In this document: piece after piece, positions 9,183-19,660 of the stretch | Numbering within the stretch: the stretch's first letter is position 1 | Layout: the number at the start of each line of letters is the position of its first letter | Source of the DNA: a virus | Length of the DNA: 64,000 bases | IMG/VR virus record: IMGVR_UViG_3300009514_000019 | Span: 3,845 to 67,844 of that record | Direction: 5' to 3' (one strand) | Position numbers and translations under genes: made by a program | The notes under the pieces: model-generated | What the model was told of the DNA's origin: nothing | Database searches by the model: none | The model's input: only the letters and a program-made list of their open reading frames with translations

Positions 9183-10501
9183 AATGACTCCTCGAAACTT
9201 TCGATTGTGGCAGTTTGGATTTTAACAACACTATACCCCATGTTATCATAATCTTCCGACTTACCAATACCGCTACGACCTATGTTTTCAGCTAAATTTA
9301 CCTTGGGGTTTAATCGTATCCAACCCCGTTTATGTAAAACATTCAGCACACATCCTTCCTGGTTTGTTTGTATTGCATTCAGCGAACCCTTCAGTACAGA
9401 TAATTTATTATCGCTGACAGGGTATCCTTCACGTAACTCACAAATAGGAATTGAATCGTACCATTTAAAAATAGTCCTGTGTGGACGCTCATTATACCTG
9501 CTAAATAAATAATCACTTTCATATTTGTACACAATATCCTTTATGTCATCCCAACATTCCCTACTCATTGAGTACGCCCATAAGTTATCTATGTTTACTT
9601 CAACATAGCTACTTGGTGGTTCACTTACATTATACTGCCAACCTTGTACAATGCCAACATTATTTTTGTATTTATTTTTAACCAACCAACTCCACAGGTT
9701 AACCATCATACCCAGGTAATTTGGTGCAACTATAACATCATCTTCAATAATGAACACGTAATCAAAATGCAAATAATCAAATAGTTGCCTACGTGCATCA
9801 ATTATGTTTTTTCCTGCACCAAAATTGCAAGGTCGGCAAACGATATTAGCATTAGGTAAATATTGTTTTAGTATTACAATATGCTGGGCACTGTCTATAT
9901 CTTTGGAAATATCAGTAGGTTTATCCAAAAATAGGAACACTGGCCACTGTTTAGATTCTGGGTTTAGTGCAAGTGCTTGCACACACTTTGTAAAATATTC
10001 CAACCTATTACAAGCAATCAACGCAATACAACACTCAGGGTGAATTGTTTTACCAAAATCAGGAAAATCTTCCCTTATGTCATATTTCGGAACTACATAA
10101 TCTATTGGTATTTCATCAACATAGTTAACAGGTTTGACCTTACTAACACTTTCTTTCATAAGTTTCCTGGGGTTCCCCAATGTTTTCCACACAGGTACAT
10201 TGCTGCCAACCAATATTTGAACATACCCACTAATAAAACTCCTGCCAAACCAACGTAGCTTCTTATCATCGTATGTTAAAATTGCGAAAATTTTACCAGT
10301 GTCGGGTTCAAAGATATTAAGTACTAATTTATTCCTGAGTTTTTCAAAAACCAATGTATATGGGTAAAGTTGGTCTCCCACAACAATATGTGTTTCAGTA
10401 AACCCCACCTCGCCAGTATGTTCATTGGAAGTCCATTCCCAGCTAGTTGTAATAACTGTTTCTGCAAGTAATTGTTCAAACTCTTGAATTTCCATTTTCA
10501 T
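9179..10501 (-). CDS. Glycosyltransferase (GT-A fold) with an extra N-terminal domain
   Basis: IACNRLEY, FLFLD, NFG...NI, IIEDD, NIG..G. Confidence 0.75.
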   Translation of the reverse strand: MKMEIQEFEQLLAETVITTSWEWTSNEHTGEVGFTETHIVVGDQLYPYTLVFEKLRNKLVLNIFEPDTGKIFAILTYDDKKLRWFGRSFISGYVQILVGSNVPVWKTLGNPRKLMKESVSKVKPVNYVDEIPIDYVVPKYDIREDFPDFGKTIHPECCIALIACNRLEYFTKCVQALALNPESKQWPVFLFLDKPTDISKDIDSAQHIVILKQYLPNANIVCRPCNFGAGKNIIDARRQLFDYLHFDYVFIIEDDVIVAPNYLGMMVNLWSWLVKNKYKNNVGIVQGWQYNVSEPPSSYVEVNIDNLWAYSMSRECWDDIKDIVYKYESDYLFSRYNERPHRTIFKWYDSIPICELREGYPVSDNKLSVLKGSLNAIQTNQEGCVLNVLHKRGWIRLNPKVNLAENIGRSGIGKSEDYDNMGYSVVKIQTATIESFEESL

Positions 10502-10508
10502 AATCCTT

Positions 10509-12365
10509 TTATACTGTTATTGAGGTGGACAAGAAAGGCAAACTTAAAAACCATTCCCCTGAGTTGCAAGTAAAACGCAAATTTGACAAGTTTGCTAAAG
10601 GAGCATATACCAAAGTAGCTGTCCCGCTAGCTGTTAAAGTAGTGGATACACCACTAGATACATCGTCAATAGTAAAACTGCCTGTAGGGCTAATTAGTAT
10701 TAACTCGGCAGTGAATGTGAACACCTGGCCTATTTGAACAAACACAGGTTGATATACCACTCCACCAGCCTCGAATCCGAAGTAGCCAGATAATGCAAAT
10801 ACACCTCCATTTGAAATCCAGTTTACCTGGTTGATGCCACATAGTTCGGGGTAGATGAGTAAATTACCACTAACATAAGTACGACCAGCCAATTCTGTGA
10901 AACACTCAATTCCTATATCCATAAGCATCTCGCTAGTTTCAATATTAGCAACTGCGTGGATATCTGTTATGCGGCCAGTTAGTTCCTGTTCAGTGTTAGG
11001 GACTGTTATTGTAATTACATCATTAACTTCCAAAACAGGTAGGAACTTTGTAATTACTTTAAATTTGTTCCTGCCCATTAGGAATTCTTGTATTTTACGA
11101 ATTCCAATAAGGAATGCTCCGAACCCTGTGGAAATATACTGATTGTCCCACTCATCTGTTACTACACCAAATTCTGCTTGTAGTAATAAATCATTTACAA
11201 TCATTTCCAACTTATTTCGATCACCGGAATTTCCACCAAAACTAGGGTCTTTATTACCAATAGAAAAAATTCCTGGGGGAACACCTGCTAAACTTGATAG
11301 GGCTTTATCATGTGTTTTAACCCTATCTAAATGTGGCTTAATTTTATTTGTGTCATTTTCAAGTTCGCCTGTTGATTTATTCCTGCCAAATACTTGATAA
11401 ACAGTTTCAGAATCTGTCCCTGCGTCCAAGAATGTTGAATCCTTGGGAGTTGTATGTACTGTGGCTGTAGCATCCTTTAAATCTGCACTTTGCATAGAAT
11501 CAAATTGAAGGTCTCCCCCAAGTATGAAACTAGCATTAGTAAGATCACTTTTGGAACCTCCCAAATTCTTTAACACAAGGTCAGAGGAAGGTTCCCCTAG
11601 CCCATTTCGATAACACTTAGATTTAGTTAGGTTTGAAGGAGCTTTAGTAGGGTCGCCAGATAATAGCCGAGGTCCACAATCATACCTACTTACAGGACGT
11701 GCTCGAATCCTGATACGAGATGGGCCTTTTTCCGTATTGCGAACCCTAGTAACTTTTTCAATAGCTTCAGGTGGTAATACGTAATCCACAGCACTGTTAT
11801 GATCTTTCCAAGGTTCAATTACTAAATCACCACCTACTTGTACAAACATATCAGAATGACAACATTGAGCTAATTTTAGGCACTCTTCCCACACGTTGCT
11901 ACCTTGTACGACGCCTTGAATAATTGGAGCAACAGCCGCCGTTATAGAAAACAAAGTAACTGGGATACCACAGTAAACTTGTAACACATCTAACAACACT
12001 GTTCCAGCAGTTGTATCATAGTAGTGAGTGTTGATAGGTTTGTTATTCAATGTGCTGAAGAATGAGGCGATATTTGCAGTAAAGTACTTATTTGCAATTT
12101 CAACACCATCATCAATAGAATGAATAGTGCCCCTTAGCCAATTTGTAATACCTTCAAAAGCAGTGTCATCAGCTAAGTCGGAGGAAACAACAATTTCACT
12201 TGAGATAGAAAGTGTATTCCACCTTAAATCTGCACCATATTGTAAATCCTTGTTTACAAACTGAGCAACTCCAGACATGCCACTAAACAGTGAGTATGTT
12301 GCTTCCCAAGCATACAAATCTGATAAAGCCAATGGACTAGACATTAGATGCCTTCTTTCTGCCAT
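10509..12365 (-). CDS. Probable tail tip/baseplate-hub-like virion protein
   Basis: 618 aa, beta-rich; P.LEVNDVITI motif; downstream of the tail genes. Confidence 0.55.
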   Translation of the reverse strand: MAERRHLMSSPLALSDLYAWEATYSLFSGMSGVAQFVNKDLQYGADLRWNTLSISSEIVVSSDLADDTAFEGITNWLRGTIHSIDDGVEIANKYFTANIASFFSTLNNKPINTHYYDTTAGTVLLDVLQVYCGIPVTLFSITAAVAPIIQGVVQGSNVWEECLKLAQCCHSDMFVQVGGDLVIEPWKDHNSAVDYVLPPEAIEKVTRVRNTEKGPSRIRIRARPVSRYDCGPRLLSGDPTKAPSNLTKSKCYRNGLGEPSSDLVLKNLGGSKSDLTNASFILGGDLQFDSMQSADLKDATATVHTTPKDSTFLDAGTDSETVYQVFGRNKSTGELENDTNKIKPHLDRVKTHDKALSSLAGVPPGIFSIGNKDPSFGGNSGDRNKLEMIVNDLLLQAEFGVVTDEWDNQYISTGFGAFLIGIRKIQEFLMGRNKFKVITKFLPVLEVNDVITITVPNTEQELTGRITDIHAVANIETSEMLMDIGIECFTELAGRTYVSGNLLIYPELCGINQVNWISNGGVFALSGYFGFEAGGVVYQPVFVQIGQVFTFTAELILISPTGSFTIDDVSSGVSTTLTASGTATLVYAPLANLSNLRFTCNSGEWFLSLPFLSTSITV

Positions 12366-12676
12366 TTACTGCCGGAAGGGTACTTACATCCCCATAGTTT
12401 TTTCTTGCTTGTATCTTCTTCATATAAAGCGAGATTTAATAATAAGTGCCTATCAGAAATTGTACAACCACAAATCCCGCAAGCAAGTTGGTCAGTAGGG
12501 GTTATAACTACTTTTGGACAAGCACCACAAATTTCCAATCTTTTTTGTATTCGTTCATCACTAACCTTATCCGCTGTCGTAACCGCTAATGCAGCAGATA
12601 TCGTGTCCTTCAATAATTGTGGAGCACCTTTTATTTCCCACAACTTGCGAAGGAAGTACTCATAACGATTGCTCAT
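12344..12676 (-). CDS. Small Cys-rich protein
   Basis: RLEICGACP...CGICGC...C...KW. Confidence 0.7.
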   Translation of the reverse strand: MSNRYEYFLRKLWEIKGAPQLLKDTISAALAVTTADKVSDERIQKRLEICGACPKVVITPTDQLACGICGCTISDRHLLLNLALYEEDTSKKKLWGCKYPSGSKWQKEGI

Positions 12677-12681
12677 AATGA

Positions 12682-13329
12682 TTATCCAAAATTAGCCGTA
12701 GTGTTTAGTTCTGCATTATTTGTTTGTTTCCAAAAGAAACTAGCTAAAGCACACCTAGTACTTGCTTTTGGGTCAATAGGTGCAACAGAATGGTATGCTA
12801 CATTAGTTGGAACAAACAACACAAGCCTATTAAACAAAGGGGCTATGCCACTGTTAAAAGATTTGTCATCATTATGTAAAACAAACTCACCACCCCAATC
12901 TACTTTCCAACCAGGAGTAACATATAGTATTAAATTAACAACCCTGCTCCAATGCCGAAGTGGGTGTGAAAGGGCATCAATATGACAACCTAACTTACCG
13001 CCAGGTTGAATACAATGCAATCCGCCAGCATGGTATGAAAAATCTGGAAAAAAATCGCACTTACTAAGTCCAAGTGGTCCCAAGAAATCTTGCAATGGAA
13101 AAGCACTCATCATATCCAATAAAGTCAAAGAAGCGGGAGGGGCTTGCCGACCATCCTTGCTTCCATACTTTATGGAATTTTCATCATTATACCTGTGCCA
13201 GTTATCCCACTCCAAATGAGGCCAAGTGGCATGAGCAGCCAGCAACAAAGAGGTGGGAAACACATTATCAAATACTAATATCGGATAAGGTTTTGAAATA
13301 ACTTGTAAATCCGTCAAATTCATTTGCAT
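12682..13329 (-). CDS. 2OG-Fe(II) oxygenase
   Basis: HID...NLILY...GGE...FNRLV...H...R facial-triad pattern; AGGAG RBS before ATG 13329. Confidence 0.85.
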   Translation of the reverse strand: MQMNLTDLQVISKPYPILVFDNVFPTSLLLAAHATWPHLEWDNWHRYNDENSIKYGSKDGRQAPPASLTLLDMMSAFPLQDFLGPLGLSKCDFFPDFSYHAGGLHCIQPGGKLGCHIDALSHPLRHWSRVVNLILYVTPGWKVDWGGEFVLHNDDKSFNSGIAPLFNRLVLFVPTNVAYHSVAPIDPKASTRCALASFFWKQTNNAELNTTANFG

Positions 13330-13356
13330 ACTCCTGAGTGCAAGTGCTTGCACTGA

Positions 13357-13941
13357 CTAATGTGAGCACACCAACAATCCATCTTCATTTTCAAATATAG
13401 TACGTTCAATAACAGTATATCCACAAAGCATAAGCATTGAATAGAATGCAGGCACTGCAAATACAAACCTGTGTCCTGGCATATCCTTTTGTTTTGGCAA
13501 GTAAAACTCGACAACCCCCATTGGTTTTAGGTTATTTCGCAAATCTTTTAGGAACTTTTTTGGATTAATTAACCTTTGTAAATAGTCTCCAACATAAATA
13601 AAATCACAAGTTCCTTTAAACGTACTGTCCCCAAGGATATATGAAATACTGGATTTTGTAATAGTGTCAATAGCGTTTGTTAGTTGGCCTTGAATATCCA
13701 ATAAACTTGCTTTGCGAAGTTGTGTGCTTATTTGAACAAATCCAGCTTTTACAGGATTACGCAGGGCATTAAAATGTAATGTTGCCAAGTCCTCGCTGAG
13801 TTGAGGTACTTTTACATAAGGTGGTTTAAGTGGTTCATTGATTTCACTGCCACAGTATTCACACATACTTTCCATGTTAATATTAGGTTGTCCACACACT
13901 AAACAAATCATATTAGTTTCCTTAGAAAATACTTGGTACAC
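13357..13941 (-). CDS. Zinc-ribbon plus methyltransferase-like protein
   Basis: CLVC...CEYC at the N-terminus; DFI...L...NP...L...LKP.G pattern at the C-terminus. Confidence 0.5.
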   Translation of the reverse strand: MYQVFSKETNMICLVCGQPNINMESMCEYCGSEINEPLKPPYVKVPQLSEDLATLHFNALRNPVKAGFVQISTQLRKASLLDIQGQLTNAIDTITKSSISYILGDSTFKGTCDFIYVGDYLQRLINPKKFLKDLRNNLKPMGVVEFYLPKQKDMPGHRFVFAVPAFYSMLMLCGYTVIERTIFENEDGLLVCSH

Positions 13942-14815
13942 CTAGTGTTTTTAAATGAATTAGGTATTGTTCGGGATTTTTATCAAACATAACCTTACCT
14001 TCTAATTTGCTATGTCGCCACTCCTGCATACGTGCCTCATGTTTACTTTGACACATATTATACATAACTCCAATAGGTAAAGTGTGTGGAATATCCCAAA
14101 ACAAACAAGCGGCCTCTTGTGGCTTAAAGAGTAAGCCTGGCCAGGATTCAACACCAAAAAAGAACTGCTCAACGTCCTGCCAATTCCTTGCAAAAGCACT
14201 GGCCGAACGAAACCAGTAGAAAGTCCCGGAGTAGTGCCACCTGTGATTATTTTTTCGTTTAAATTCTCCATAACTCTTAAAACTACCAGCTATCCCGTAA
14301 TGTTGTAAAGCTAATTCAACCTGTTGCCAATTATTGAGCACTGTTTCATACATTGCATCTGACCACACATGGCACATAGAATCTTGTTTATGTGTTATGC
14401 CTTTACAATGCCCATAGAATACTACCTCACTGGGATTGAGTGATTGTACTTTTTGTAACATTGGCAAAAAGCTGACAACTTCCCGGAGTGATTTTTTATT
14501 CCTAAATAGCATAAAATCAATATCAGTTGCCCCATGTAGTTCAAATTCTTTGATAACATCGTCAGGACATGAATAGGGCTTTCGATCACCACCTCCAGGA
14601 GTAGCTATCGAAACTATACGCTTACCATTAAATTGACTTAACGAATCGCAAATATTTTTAACATGCTTTTTCCAGCACCACTCGTGCTCACCAGCTAGTG
14701 GCATAATATGGAATAACAAATGCCTAGTCGGACTAACAAAAGGTATCAAACATAGATCAGGTACTGCAATAGGCTCACTACGTTGTACATTTTTAGCACG
14801 TACTAACCTGCTCAT
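13922..14815 (-). CDS. Hypothetical protein, paralog of 14816-15649 (possible glycan-modifying enzyme)
   Basis: VFYGHCKG.TH, HRWHYSGTFYWFR, GVESWPG shared with its neighbour. Confidence 0.7.
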   Translation of the reverse strand: MSRLVRAKNVQRSEPIAVPDLCLIPFVSPTRHLLFHIMPLAGEHEWCWKKHVKNICDSLSQFNGKRIVSIATPGGGDRKPYSCPDDVIKEFELHGATDIDFMLFRNKKSLREVVSFLPMLQKVQSLNPSEVVFYGHCKGITHKQDSMCHVWSDAMYETVLNNWQQVELALQHYGIAGSFKSYGEFKRKNNHRWHYSGTFYWFRSASAFARNWQDVEQFFFGVESWPGLLFKPQEAACLFWDIPHTLPIGVMYNMCQSKHEARMQEWRHSKLEGKVMFDKNPEQYLIHLKTLGVPSIF

Positions 14816-15649
14816 TCATATACCCCTTGTGCAAGTACTTGCACTGATTTTTTGTGCTCGCCATTCCTGTAACTTGTCAATTAAATAATTTTTTGATACC
14901 TTATACAAATCCTTGGTATTATCATGGAATAAACAAGCAGCTTCTTCCGGCTTGAAAATTAGTCCCGGCCAAGATTCCACCCCATAGAATGCCTGGTCTA
15001 CTCTTTTCCAATTCCTTACAAATACACTGGCACATCGAAACCAATAAAAAGTACCTGAATAATGCCACCTATGATTTAAAGGAGTCCTGAAAGTACCATA
15101 CTTCTTAAAGCTACCACATATTCCACGATCCTGTAATGTACCCTTAACTTGTTCCCAATTATTATAAACAGTTTCATACATTACGTCCGCCCAGGTATGG
15201 CAAACTGACTCTGGGTTGGGATGTGTGACTCCTTTACAATGCCCATAGAAAACAACATGGTTAGGATCATCAGTCATAACCATGTTAAGCATTTTTAAAA
15301 AGCTAGTTACCTCACGTAGCCTCTTAACATTTTGAACAAATACAAACTCAATATCTTTACCACCAAAACGATCAAATTTATCAATCACATTATCTGGACA
15401 TATGAAAGGTTTTGTATCCCCATTACCAGCAGTGGCAATTGCCACGATCCTTTTACCATTGAATTGATCAATACTTTTACAAACCTTTTCAATATTCCTA
15501 TCCAACACCCACTCATGCTCCCAACCTAATGGGAGTACATGGTATAACAAATGTTTTACAACATTATCAAAAGGCAAATTACATAAATCAGGGTAATTGG
15601 CATGTGTTTTAAATTGTGACTTACGTACTGCTCCTATCACCCTACTCAT
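14816..15649 (-). CDS. Hypothetical protein, paralog of 13922-14815
   Basis: Same shared motifs. Confidence 0.7.
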   Translation of the reverse strand: MSRVIGAVRKSQFKTHANYPDLCNLPFDNVVKHLLYHVLPLGWEHEWVLDRNIEKVCKSIDQFNGKRIVAIATAGNGDTKPFICPDNVIDKFDRFGGKDIEFVFVQNVKRLREVTSFLKMLNMVMTDDPNHVVFYGHCKGVTHPNPESVCHTWADVMYETVYNNWEQVKGTLQDRGICGSFKKYGTFRTPLNHRWHYSGTFYWFRCASVFVRNWKRVDQAFYGVESWPGLIFKPEEAACLFHDNTKDLYKVSKNYLIDKLQEWRAQKISASTCTRGI

Positions 15650-16155
15650 GCTGTTTCCTTAACTGAGCTTATAGCTTTTTGCACTAATTCTTGTATTGCT
15701 AATTTACTCACGCCGGCTGGCAATAATTTTACTAACCACCTTATCCCAACTTGTTGCCACTTTAAAGCCCTACTGTATATATCATTAACTATATATTCCA
15801 TATTTTCAATACATCCTGTAACACCCCATTTATTCATTTTTTCAGCAAGTGTATAACATTCACTGCATCCTGCAAAACCCACACCCTTTAATATAGAAAT
15901 TAAATTAGTACCTGGACCAGTACTTGCTGGTGCAAGTGCTTGCACTTTAGTATTTCCACCACAGCACCCAACAGTTTTCGGCCTTGAAGTTTGTTGAAAA
16001 ACCACAGCAGTTTTATTTTGTGTGACTACCTTATTAGGTTGAATTTCGATATTACGTTTACTAACTTGTGTTTGATTGCGTGGTGGTAAATTACCTTCAT
16101 CACACAATTTACGAACCTTGCTGCCCACCACAAATTTAGTGCAATCCTCATTCAT
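15646..16155 (-). CDS. Cys-containing hypothetical protein
   Basis: GPGT.L...CSEC...MNKWG..GC; overlaps both neighbours. Confidence 0.7.
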   Translation of the reverse strand: MNEDCTKFVVGSKVRKLCDEGNLPPRNQTQVSKRNIEIQPNKVVTQNKTAVVFQQTSRPKTVGCCGGNTKVQALAPASTGPGTNLISILKGVGFAGCSECYTLAEKMNKWGVTGCIENMEYIVNDIYSRALKWQQVGIRWLVKLLPAGVSKLAIQELVQKAISSVKETA

Positions 16156-18040
16156 ATACCGTTACCTCAAATGTGTCCATATGTGTAGCACAACACCAAG
16201 GACACCAAATTCCAGCAGTACCGCTACCTTCCCAAAGTACTGGATCACAAGAAAGTGTTCCCATAGTCAGGTTATCACCATTTTGAAGCCTTTTCATGGG
16301 ATTCTCTAATGCTTCCCCAACAACAGTAAGAGTGGGGTCTCCTGTCCAATCTCCTGTGGGACCATACTTATCAAACACTGGCCCTGACAGGTAAGCTCGT
16401 TCAATGGTTGGATTTAATCCAAAATCATCTGCATATACTCGAATCCTGTAAATATCTTCTCCGCATGTTATTGGAGCAGAGTACCCCAAATACCCGCATT
16501 TAGGAATTCCACGAGTTGTTTCATCCCACCGTTGCCAATAATGAACCTCAACCGTTAAATCACAGAAAGTTTGAATACCAAAATCAGGGTCTTCTGGATC
16601 ATCTGGCCCATTATCAATACACCTTAAAAAGTAGTATAAAACTAACGGATTTGATCCACATTGATCTGGGCACATCCCACAAGTTGTGGTGGCACAAGAC
16701 CCACAAATACTGCTACTAACCCATAGCCAATTTTCCCGATCAATTAAAGGATTAGCATCGGTCCTTACTTCCATGTTTGCGGATAACTCAAAACCACAAC
16801 TAATAGGATCAGAATCTTCCGTCAATGCTGCCTGATCGCCACTCAATTCCCGTGCAAACAACACACAAGGTTTCACAGGATCGGTTGAGTATATTGTTAT
16901 TCCATCTGCATTAACAGTGCAAGCACCTTTTATTTTAATTAATATGTCAGGAGAGTCTTCCAACAACCATCCATAGTCGTTGCCTGTATCATAATACCAA
17001 GTCGCACGAGAGTTTATAAAAGTACCATCAATTTCACCAAATACACAAAGGTACGTTGGAACGCATCTACATGATCCACAAATATACTGATACTCAGCAC
17101 ACCTGCCACCAGTAATGGTTACAAAACGACTACCTGTACTTGAGGATTGTACAAACAATTCACAAGTACAGGTAGTAATTGCAGTCATCTTGGCAGTGTC
17201 ACCATCGCTTGTCGGCGGATTAGCCCAATCATTAGTTGTAGCTCCTGTTTGTTCAAAATCAAACTCTAGGTAACAATTACCATCATCATCACCACGGAGG
17301 TAGATAACTTCACTATGTAATGTGGGGTCTCCACAAGGAGGCAAATACTCCCAGCGATCCTGCAAATCTTCATTCCAAAGGAACTCAACTTGCTCTATTG
17401 GTCCATTGACATGCCTACGTCCATTAACACATAATTTTCCTGCCGCTGAGTAGCAACTGCAATCAGTGTTTGAAACTGGATAAGTATCTCGCTCACTCTC
17501 ATCAGTGGCCTGTCGATTGCTGAAAGGAATTTTTGAAGAAGCAAATTCACTAAACGTAACTGTTCCTGTAACAGTGCCAATTACAATACCTGTGATAGAT
17601 ACTTCTGGAAATTGCAAGCAAGTTATATTGACATGATCTATGTCATATGATTGATCTATACTGTGACTATCCGAAAAAAACCTCCAAACACTAGATAAAA
17701 CAGTGACCTGAATATCAAATCCAAAATCATATGAAACTGTACCAGGTACAATATCCTCACTAAAGGTAGGGAAAGCTACTGATTGAATAACCTTAGCACA
17801 AGGATCACTTCCAGGGTCGGGTGTAAATGTCGCACAAATTAACATAGGAACACATCGGCAAGAATATGCCGAAACATCAAAAGGTCCTCCTACTTCGTTA
17901 GGACGTGGGCGAATATATAAGCAAGGATCACAACAGCAACACCAATCTGGGTAGCCAGTGCGTACCCCCTCATGGTGGTCAGGACAACGTGGGCCACCCC
18001 TAAATTTCTCAGGCCCATGTGAAACAATTGGCAAAGTCAT
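16148..18040 (-). CDS. Very Cys-rich putative virion protein
   Basis: 630 aa; CCCCDPC and repeated C.C.P..LC units; located in the tail region. Confidence 0.65.
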   Translation of the reverse strand: MTLPIVSHGPEKFRGGPRCPDHHEGVRTGYPDWCCCCDPCLYIRPRPNEVGGPFDVSAYSCRCVPMLICATFTPDPGSDPCAKVIQSVAFPTFSEDIVPGTVSYDFGFDIQVTVLSSVWRFFSDSHSIDQSYDIDHVNITCLQFPEVSITGIVIGTVTGTVTFSEFASSKIPFSNRQATDESERDTYPVSNTDCSCYSAAGKLCVNGRRHVNGPIEQVEFLWNEDLQDRWEYLPPCGDPTLHSEVIYLRGDDDGNCYLEFDFEQTGATTNDWANPPTSDGDTAKMTAITTCTCELFVQSSSTGSRFVTITGGRCAEYQYICGSCRCVPTYLCVFGEIDGTFINSRATWYYDTGNDYGWLLEDSPDILIKIKGACTVNADGITIYSTDPVKPCVLFARELSGDQAALTEDSDPISCGFELSANMEVRTDANPLIDRENWLWVSSSICGSCATTTCGMCPDQCGSNPLVLYYFLRCIDNGPDDPEDPDFGIQTFCDLTVEVHYWQRWDETTRGIPKCGYLGYSAPITCGEDIYRIRVYADDFGLNPTIERAYLSGPVFDKYGPTGDWTGDPTLTVVGEALENPMKRLQNGDNLTMGTLSCDPVLWEGSGTAGIWCPWCCATHMDTFEVTVYE

Positions 18041-19162
18041 TTAGTAACTTTCCTCATAACAACAAAGGCTTGAGACTTTCCAATAACATCCTGACAAATC
18101 ATAAGTTTCTGCACAAAATATAACACTTTCACCTTGTCCTGCTGCTAAGTCCGCCCGGCCTTTCATTGTTGAAAGTAATTCAATCGGTACATTAAACCAA
18201 CATCCAAGGATATCCCATATCAAAACAGTGTCACCAATGTTGACGGATGTTTGACAAGATGTGCCCGTCACTTGTGCCCAAACAGCTTGAATACTACCAC
18301 TAGGTAGTGCAGGGCATAGTTGGTAAACACTAAAATCTATCCATTCGTTTCCGACTCCTCCGCCACCGACAGGAGTACCTTCAATCAATACTTTCTTACT
18401 AGCTTGGCACTCAAATAATCCAACACCTACTAACTCAAATATCACATGAGCAATTATCTCAAACCACTCCTCATCATATGCAGCAATATCTAGTTTAATG
18501 TAATCATTGGTATCTGTGTCAACCGTGACAGGTGCTTGGGCTGATTGCCTAATTTCCCAAATAACATCCTCAATCCTTACTTCATGTCCTTCAAATGAAT
18601 CACAATCATAGTTGACATTAAGTACCCAAGTACGATCACTGTCTGTTTTCCTAACCCAGCTCGGCCCACCTAGTTCAATATTAACTCCTGTGTTATCACA
18701 CATTTGGGGAGAAGCAATGTCAGCATAACTACTAGTTTCATTATTGAAACTGACTCCTTGTGTTTCAGGGCAAGCGATTTTAATGCTGCGTACTTCAGAC
18801 ATTACTGAAGCACCACCAGTTGCATTATATGCTGCCACCCTCCAAAAAAATTGATCCCCCACCCGCAAATGTTCTAAGTAATTTAATTCAAACTCAGTAT
18901 CAACAGTTTTTATGCCCCTAATATTTGGCCCAGAGAATGATTGGTTATCAGATATTTGTAACACATAAAAAGAAGCACCTGCAATGGTATTCCAGTACAG
19001 TGTTATCCCTGCTGAAAAACCATTAAGTAAGTAAACTTGTGGGCAAAACCTGACTTCATCCAAAGGAAAACGCAGTGTTGGCGTTTCCAATATGATATCA
19101 GACCTCCACACAATTGAAGGTTGATCGACCTCAAATTCAAATGTCTGGGCAATCTTACTCAT
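18041..19162 (-). CDS. Putative virion protein with an Fn3/Ig-like domain
   Basis: LYWN...ASFYVLQIS...F...FFWRVAAYN...S pattern. Confidence 0.6.
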   Translation of the reverse strand: MSKIAQTFEFEVDQPSIVWRSDIILETPTLRFPLDEVRFCPQVYLLNGFSAGITLYWNTIAGASFYVLQISDNQSFSGPNIRGIKTVDTEFELNYLEHLRVGDQFFWRVAAYNATGGASVMSEVRSIKIACPETQGVSFNNETSSYADIASPQMCDNTGVNIELGGPSWVRKTDSDRTWVLNVNYDCDSFEGHEVRIEDVIWEIRQSAQAPVTVDTDTNDYIKLDIAAYDEEWFEIIAHVIFELVGVGLFECQASKKVLIEGTPVGGGGVGNEWIDFSVYQLCPALPSGSIQAVWAQVTGTSCQTSVNIGDTVLIWDILGCWFNVPIELLSTMKGRADLAAGQGESVIFCAETYDLSGCYWKVSSLCCYEESY

Positions 19163-19193
19163 TCACTAACTCCAAGTGCAAGTGCTTGCACTA

Positions 19194-19613
19194 CTAATAT
19201 TCACAAGAAATTCCGGTATATGGTTCATATGCTCCAAGTATACTGAGTACCTGGAATTCACCACTAATACTAAAAAATCTACCAAATACTTTATCAATTT
19301 TCAGATCACTGAAATACACCTCAAGATTGTCGTTCCAATAGCCCGTAAAAGAGTATACTATTAGGTCAGCAGTATTATATAATACAAATATTTCCTCAAA
19401 TTCCTCCGGGTGGCAATCTTCAACTCGCCAACTAACTATACCATCACCATGCACAATTTGAGTAGGAGCAGCAGCTTGTGTGACAACTGAATTAGCTGTC
19501 TTCTTTACACTGTTCCGCTTCTTCGGCACATACGGCAGGTACTTAAAAGATACAGGTAAATCCAGATCAATGGATAACCCGATATTGCTGAGGTTACAAA
19601 CTGATAGAGTCAT
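19194..19613 (-). CDS. Putative distal tail protein
   Basis: 139 aa, beta-rich, first gene after the tape measure gene. Confidence 0.5.
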   Translation of the reverse strand: MTLSVCNLSNIGLSIDLDLPVSFKYLPYVPKKRNSVKKTANSVVTQAAAPTQIVHGDGIVSWRVEDCHPEEFEEIFVLYNTADLIVYSFTGYWNDNLEVYFSDLKIDKVFGRFFSISGEFQVLSILGAYEPYTGISCEY

Positions 19614-19660
19614 ATCATGTTCCTAAAGGTTGCCTATTGTAGCCTTTTACCACTGCTTTG

